A program made the position numbers and the translations under genes. This document shows, piece after piece, positions 58,101-64,000 of a stretch of DNA of 64,000 nt (its first letter is position 1; each line of letters begins with the position of its first letter). This stretch comes from Amoebophrya sp. A120 (Eukaryota; Protista; Dinoflagellata). Below the pieces are notes generated by a model. The model was given only the letters and a program-made list of their open reading frames with translations, was not told the origin of the DNA and did no database searches. The stretch lies in assembly GCA_905178155.1 (NCBI GenBank), contig CAJINV010000010.1:1633182-1697181 (forward strand). The letters run 5' to 3'.

Positions 58101-59849
58101 AAAAATACTGACAAAGCACCACTACCCCCTCCACCTCCCCCGCCGCTTCAAAAGCTGATCGAGGAGAGCATCAACTACCAAATCCAGACGGTTTTGCGAC
58201 GAAGGAAAGACGAAACCATATGCCGTCCTCCAATTTTACATTCTCAACTGTTACTTACATGAATTTGTAATGCAAAAACGGCGAAAGTGAAAGGGGGAAG
58301 GTTGCGCCTTTTGCATTACAGATTTGGCACAGATTCAGATGCTGTTTAGCCATTCGGATATTTGTCATGCGAAGCAGCTTAATCGTGGCGATCTTGGTGG
58401 TAAATTTGCACGACAAATCATGTGACAGTTGAGAATGTAACAGTTAAGAACGCCATAAAGCACTACGGCCACCTACGAAGACGCGAGTTACCAGGTGACC
58501 AGCCCGCAGGTATCAAAGAGAAAAATCCCCCCTCCCCATATCGAACAGGTACAGTCCGGAAATTTGTGTTGCTGATTTGAGGTCACAAATCGCATTTGTC
58601 TTGCAAGAAGACAAGGGTAGAAGCTTCCGCCCCATTATGGAAGCGATTTGTCATGCTGTGAGACCTAAAAGGGAGCCGCTTGCCATGCTGCACAACTAGA
58701 ACCATACGCCCCTACCTAGCCTGGGGATCTGGCCGCAATGCCTCTCTGCAATACAAACCTGATTTGTGTACTCAAATACAGCATCACAAATTTCGTTTTC
58801 GATATGGGGAGGGGGGATTTTTCCTTTTGATACCAGGCCGGGCAGATCGACGCGTTTTTGATTTGGGGCGCCGCGTATCCGATGTTGCTGTCCGAAAAGT
58901 TAGGGCCGAATAGCTACAACTCCGTGGGGCCGAGGTATTCCGACGGGGAACGAGCCATGATCCAAGATCTTTTGAAATTGTCCTACCAATTTGCGCACGT
59001 CGCGCAGGTATGCAAGGGGCTGCGGAGTGTCGCCGGGAGTACAAATGGAAACGCGACCTCTTCTTCCACTACGAATGAGAAATCAGCATCACAGAGTGTC
59101 ACTGCTGCCGTTCCTCCAATAGACGTGAAGATCCTGACGTTTTTCGACGCGCCAAGTGCGATGGCGCCGGAGTGGAGCTTGTTAGAGAAATTCTGCAGTC
59201 CGGATTTTGTGTATTTGAACAACATAAACTTACCAAACCACCCCGGGTGGATCCACGAGAGGCTAACCATATGCAATGCAAAAGCATCGTACTAGTAAGA
59301 ATTGCAATGCGAATTGGCTCAGCGTTACAAATAGTAATTTGTAATGCGGATTTCGATTTCCCTTGATCGCTAGATTTGTAATGCATGACTGCGATGAGTA
59401 CGAGTACGATACTTTTGCAGTGCATAAACCAGGATGAGAAGGAACCCAGACGGGACGGAGAGGAGTAGATACAAAGAGATCTACCGTGGGGAATTATGAA
59501 TGGCAAAAATGTCTGGGTCGGGAAGATTGCAGCTTGTCATTGTAAATCTGAAGCATGCAAAAATCTGTGTTGCATGAGTGCCAAAAGCTGTAAACTTTTG
59601 CCCAAGTTGGAAGGGAGTTTCTCATGCAGGATAGGCATGACAGAGACCTCGCAGAGTCTGTCATGCTACGTCCCGCATTCCAGACCTCATGGGTCATGAA
59701 AAATCTGCATGACAAGTCTACACTTTTCCAGACCCAGACACTTTTGCACTTGATAGGAATACCCGGATAGCGATGCGTTCGAGTCCGGGGATATGGTCAG
59801 GGGGGAGTTGTACGGGAAAAGATTGTATGCGGTGCTAATGAAAGAGTAA
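55153..59849 (+). CDS. Unknown 674-aa protein with N-terminal hydrophobic segment, possibly SAM-methyltransferase-like; 9 introners
   Basis: Removing 9 introners (+5 bp) gives 2025 nt open frame; LVILDFFLGWGGY resembles MTase motif I and CNVTFVDGS resembles a DxxFIDG motif (weak); start codon uncertain. Confidence 0.75.
55757..56596. mobile_element. Introner family B carrying a nested insertion
   Basis: TSD catgg/catgg; 840 bp, 253 bp after removing the nested element. Confidence 0.88.
55977..56557. mobile_element. Nested MITE-like element with subterminal ACAGATGA arrays
   Basis: Tandem acagatga on left, tcatctgt on right, tgttgta/tacaaca near the ends, flanked by attaca/attaca. Confidence 0.75.
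56714..56935. mobile_element. Introner family C
   Basis: TSD atgca/atgca. Confidence 0.88.
57012..57169. mobile_element. Introner family A
   Basis: TSD tgtga/tttga; right end AAA instead of ATA. Confidence 0.8.
57220..57368. mobile_element. Introner family A
   Basis: TSD ggggc/ggggc. Confidence 0.9.
57642..57920. mobile_element. Introner family B
   Basis: TSD cggaa/cggaa. Confidence 0.9.
58219..58457. mobile_element. Introner, singleton family
   Basis: TATG..CATA ends, TIR core TTACATTCTCAACTGT; TSD aacca/aagca. Confidence 0.82.
58511..58832. mobile_element. Introner family E
   Basis: TIR TATCAAA..GAAAAATCCCCCCTCCCCATATCGAA; TSD gcagg/ccagg (readable as GT-AG). Confidence 0.9.
59270..59426. 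mobile_element. Introner family A
   Basis: TSD aacca/aacca. Confidence 0.9.
59495..59755. mobile_element. Introner family B
   Basis: TSD ggaat/ggaat. Confidence 0.9.
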
Positions 59850-60549
59850 CAACGAATTAGTTGTAGTAAATTTTGAAGATCAACAACAGCTTCAGCGCAA
59901 TCGTGCCAGTCCCACTCCCATTTCGCCTTACAAATTCAAATACGTGCTCAGCTCAATGCTCAATCCTCGCACTTCGAGGAGACGACGGGAAAGACTAAGA
60001 CTCGACCTACTGTTACAAAACCAAAATGTATTTCGCGAAATATTGCAAAGTTGTGAACGTATCCGGGGTTCTTCACTACCAAGCTCGCTTGTGCGGCATG
60101 GAGGTGAGAGCTTGTGCTGTGAATTTGTGTAAGATCTTAGCACCAAACGCAATGTCTGTGTCGACAGTTAATGTTAAAGTTGTAACACCGGACATCATAA
60201 GTTGAAAAGCAGACTCATTTCAGAGTCTTGTCATCCTCCCTCAATGGTATTGTCTTTCTGTTCCGCGCTCTGTGCCTTCGGCGTGCTGTTTTCTTTGTGC
60301 CATGTGCTCAAGAGAGCTGCCGTGGGCCAGCTAGAGTTGTTGCTTCGACGACACCCGAGAAGGAAAAGGCATGAAAAAAAAACGAAGGAGAGAGTGGCCG
60401 AGGGATGAAATATGACTACACCAGGTACTTGAAGATGAGTTGCGTCAAGATCAATAAAAAATACGGTGAGCGAGGCACGACCGAGTATCAGCAATGCCTT
60501 CAATCCTGAGGACGAGGCTCCTTGTTTTCTATAGAATTTACTTCACATT

Positions 60550-61478
60550 TAGCGCGCAGATAAATTTTTTGTTTTTCGTCTTTTGAATAAATAGCAAAAA
60601 GCATTTACGTCCTCAAGGAGGGGAACGAATCCCGCGCGGTGTTTGTGTTGGCGCACGTTGCTGGTGTTGTGTGTTGGGACGCCGGCAATATCGCGGCAGC
60701 TGTAACTGCGCCAGGAGAAAGGTCGAGGGAACACTGCGCCCGAGACAGCCAAGCCCGCAACAGAGACTCATCCGCATCAATGTCTTGCCCGCGATGATCA
60801 GCTGCGTAGCGGTGGAGCATCGGCGGCCCCAGTGGTCGCTAGACCGATTCCGGGCGAGTCGAGCAGCCGTCGCCCTCTGCACCAGCACAAGTCGTTTAAC
60901 GGCAGGCAACAAACTCGGAGGACGACGAGGCAGCAAACGCTGAAGCGCGCAAAGATGACGCGGCGGAACTCGACGAAGCCGAACGCAAGGCCGAATCGGA
61001 CGCCGTCAGTACCTCCCTCGACAATCGGCACCGCGCCCCCTGGCGTGGCCCCATCGCCCCAAAACTGCGGGCCCGCGGATGCCCGGCGCCGGCTTCCCTG
61101 GTAGCTGCGCCTATTTCACACGCCCTGCGCGTGAGAATTGGGCGCGGCAGCGCCAACTTTCTCGGCATATGCCGCCGCCCGGCGAATGGGGCGGGTTTCG
61201 CTACATAGAAGGCGCCGCACGATCAGAAACATACGCGGCCCGGGCCCCCGCGCAGCGGCGCGGGCCTGTGTTCCATTGTGTATGAAGGCGCCCGGACCTC
61301 GGCAGATGCGCGGACCATTTTTGGGGGCGCGCGCGTATAGTCATAACGACACACCACGCCGCCATGCCCATGGCGAAAGGAAAGGACGCCAACATGTCGC
61401 GCGACATTTATTGACGGGAATACAACAACGACAAGCTGCCGGGATGAACATCCTGAACCAAAAAAATATATCCACACC
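60550..61478. repeat. GC-rich island, possible non-autonomous element
   Basis: Weak inverted ends gataaattttttg / caaaaaaatatatc and tgttggcg / cgccaaca. Confidence 0.35.
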
Positions 61479-61489
61479 TTCCTAGAACG

Positions 61490-62640
61490 AAGATTAGATT
61501 GGCTCCGACCATTTTCCCTTCTGCTTGATTCAAAATAGAGATTCGAGAATAGTACCAATGAGTCGGAGCGTGGTCCATTCATAACAAATATTTTTTGCGA
61601 TAGAGATAATTACAGATCCAGATACTTCTCCAACATCATCATCCATGAATTCTTGGAAAAAATCAATGATTGAAAGATCTAATTATCCTGAGAAAAAAGA
61701 CGATTGATATATATGAATTTTCCTCTCTCCTCACAAACATAAGGATCTTGGATCCGATCATTGACATCTTTCTTTCTTTCTATATGGTATCAAGAGATGG
61801 ATGATTGATGAAAATGATCATATAATTTTTTCTTTCTCGAATCTCGAATTCTTTAGAAAATTCTCTCATCTTCATATCAGATAAAAAATGGAAAGAAATT
61901 TCAGAGAAGATAAATTCATTATAAAATGGAGATTTTTTTTTTCTCGAATCCCGAATTCTTCAGAAAATTTTCAATATTAAAAATATTTCATCTTCGAATC
62001 AGATATCCATTCGAAATCATGAAAAAAATATGAAGAAATTGGAGAGAAAATAAAGAATTATAAAACATATTTAGAATCTTCTTCAGGAGATCTCATCGAT
62101 ATCATCCATTTTCATTAGATTTTTTCTGATATATTCGCATTATAGGATTCATAGATGATTCGATGAAAAATTCCTGTTATTCTAAAAGATCTAGATCTCA
62201 GATTCAGATAGATAATGTAATCAGATCGATAGATGATATTATTGAGAGAAAATGAAAGAAAAGAAATACACCATAAAATTTCGATATCAATCTATCAATC
62301 CATGATTGATTTCCGAAAGAGAAAATATATTCAATGAGATATTGTATCCAAACAACCAAAAGAAAATCTTCAATCATCTCGAGAATGATACACCACACAA
62401 TTTCATACATATATCAATCATTCGAGATTCCATCTCTAATTGCAGAAAAAAGATTCAGATATTGGATGAGGGAAGAGTCAATTTGTGTAGAATCAATTGT
62501 GTCATACAACCAGAGAAAAATAATCTTCATGGATCTTGAGCAAGATACACCACGAAATTTCGATATCACTCCAGATTCCATCCATAATTGATTCCAGAAA
62601 GAGAAAACAAATTAACACACAACGCATTGTTTTTCATACA
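61490..62640. other. AT-rich internally repetitive island at the convergent strand switch
   Basis: Sharp GC drop; diverged repeats ttctcgaatc.cgaattctt.agaaaatt (61834, 61941) and atacacca..aatttc (62266, 62388, 62545). Confidence 0.7.
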
Positions 62641-62875
62641 ATCTCTTTCCGAATCCGAGGCCAACATTATTTAACGAAGTCCACATTTCTTCATGTTCAT
62701 CCATGTGTAACATATGCACTCGGTCGTCTGGTTTGTGGTTGGTTTTCTTGTGTTCTCTCCATCGCTTTATTTTGGTCCTGGTGTAGCGTCCATCATCAAA
62801 TGTTGTGGTCTACAATTTTCATCTCGAAATTGAAAAACTTGTTCTTCTCAAAACGAAAAAAAATCGCTCATTCCT

Positions 62876-64000
62876 TCACCTCCGCTCTCTCCTCTCAGCA
62901 TCCCGTCCGCGTGACCCGTATTGCCGGTTTCCACCACCGCGTTCCTCTCCACCTCCCCGCTGTGGTCCACCACCAGCTCCTCTATCCCGACTCCGACTCC
63001 GGTGGCTGTGCAACGGCCGCGCCCTAGGCGAATGGTGGTCCACTCGCGGTGGGGTCTTGTGGTGAAATTTCGTGTCCCTCGGCAGCGCAGCCGATCGCCG
63101 GTCCGAGATGGATTCTTGCGCCCGGACGGGTTGCAAAGTGGTAGTTGTCCTGCCGCGAGAGTCGTTGGCTTTATTTCGACGACCGCGGCTGTCGTTGCGC
63201 CGACCACGATCGCGGCGTCCCCGACTGTCGTTCTTGTTCCTGCTCGCGGGCGGCAGAGCACTCGGGCCACCTCCCCGCGATGATGTCGCATTATTATCCG
63301 GCGCATGCGACCCACTTGCACCACCTCCTGCTCCGTTCCTTGACTTGCCCTGGTCCTTCCCGGCGGAAAAATCTTCTTCTGAATCAGATTCAGAGGAAGA
63401 ACTGGACTCACTCGATGAACTTTCCTCCTCTTCCGACTCTTCTTTCTGCAGCAGGTTCAATTCTTGCTGTAACTTCTTCAATTTCGAGTTCACTAATTTC
63501 GATCGCTTCATCTCCTTCTGCCGTTTTTTTTCCGCTTTTTTCTGGTTCTTTTTCTCCTTCTTCAACCGCTTTTTCTCTCGTTTTTCCTCCTTTTTTTTCT
63601 TCTTCAATTCCTCCTTTTTCTTCGCCCGCTCCAAGGATTGATCTCGTTTTTCGATGACTTTCCGCTGGATCAATTCCTCGTCCTTCAACATTTTCATCCA
63701 GTTATCCAGTGCAAAAGTAATATCGCACTCGTACTAATCGCAGTGATGCATCAGAATTCTAGATGTTAAGAGAAATCCGCATTACAGATTCAATTTGTAA
63801 TGCTGAGCCAATTTGAATTGCAATTCATACTTAGTGCGATACTTTTGCAATGCATACCAGTGCTTCATCTCCTTGGCCAATGCGATCGCCATCTTCACGC
63901 CATCCAACGTTGGGGAGAGAACCCGCTCCACGGATTCCAACTGCTTCACAATCGCCTCGCCCTGACGGATGATCGGGGACCGGTACTTGTACTCTAATGG
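62876..64000 (-). CDS. 3' part of a gene with Lys/Glu coiled coil, Ser/Glu tract and Arg/Ser/Asp-rich tail (RNA-processing-factor-like composition), truncated by window edge
   Basis: Frame open from window end (PLEYKYRSPII...EMKHW), joined across introner 63703-63856 to ORF 62876-63697. Confidence 0.7.
63703..63856. mobile_element. Introner family A (in minus-strand gene)
   Basis: TSD ccagt/ccagt; frame restored. Confidence 0.9.

Noticed and set aside
61490-62640. Organelle- or virus-derived coding insert
   Set aside because: No sustained ORF or recognisable protein motif; internal repeats suggest non-coding DNA; cannot be fully excluded without BLAST
1-64000. Autonomous transposase, tRNA/rRNA genes, dinoflagellate spliced-leader relics
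   Set aside because: None recognised by eye; divergent copies could be missed

Overview
Eukaryotic nuclear DNA, not prokaryotic. It most resembles the parasitic dinoflagellate-lineage Amoebophrya (inference from co-oriented genes and invasive non-canonical introns). By hand I reconstructed 9 genes. Eight are on + in one unidirectional block: 3' end of a RAD51-paralog-like gene, a 145-aa secreted Cys-rich protein, RPB11, type II NADH dehydrogenase, Tudor-SN, a ~4032-aa EF-hand/RRL-motif protein, GH20 hexosaminidase and a 674-aa unknown protein. One convergent gene is on -. The dominant signal is 52 transposon-like introns (introners) in at least 7 families. They have TAT...ATA ends (two with a mutated last base or two), terminal inverted repeats, a 5-bp direct repeat of host sequence and a shared GCATGACAAA-like motif. 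They occur in both orientations and only inside coding sequence. Removing each element plus one 5-bp repeat restores an open frame in all 52 cases, yet only 3 can be read as GT-AG. Some ordinary GT-AG introns look like aged introners. Intergenic DNA holds GC-rich non-autonomous elements and, at the only strand switch, an AT-rich island. Such introners have been reported in Amoebophrya genomes; to my knowledge their removal mechanism is unresolved. All coordinates and counts are manual.
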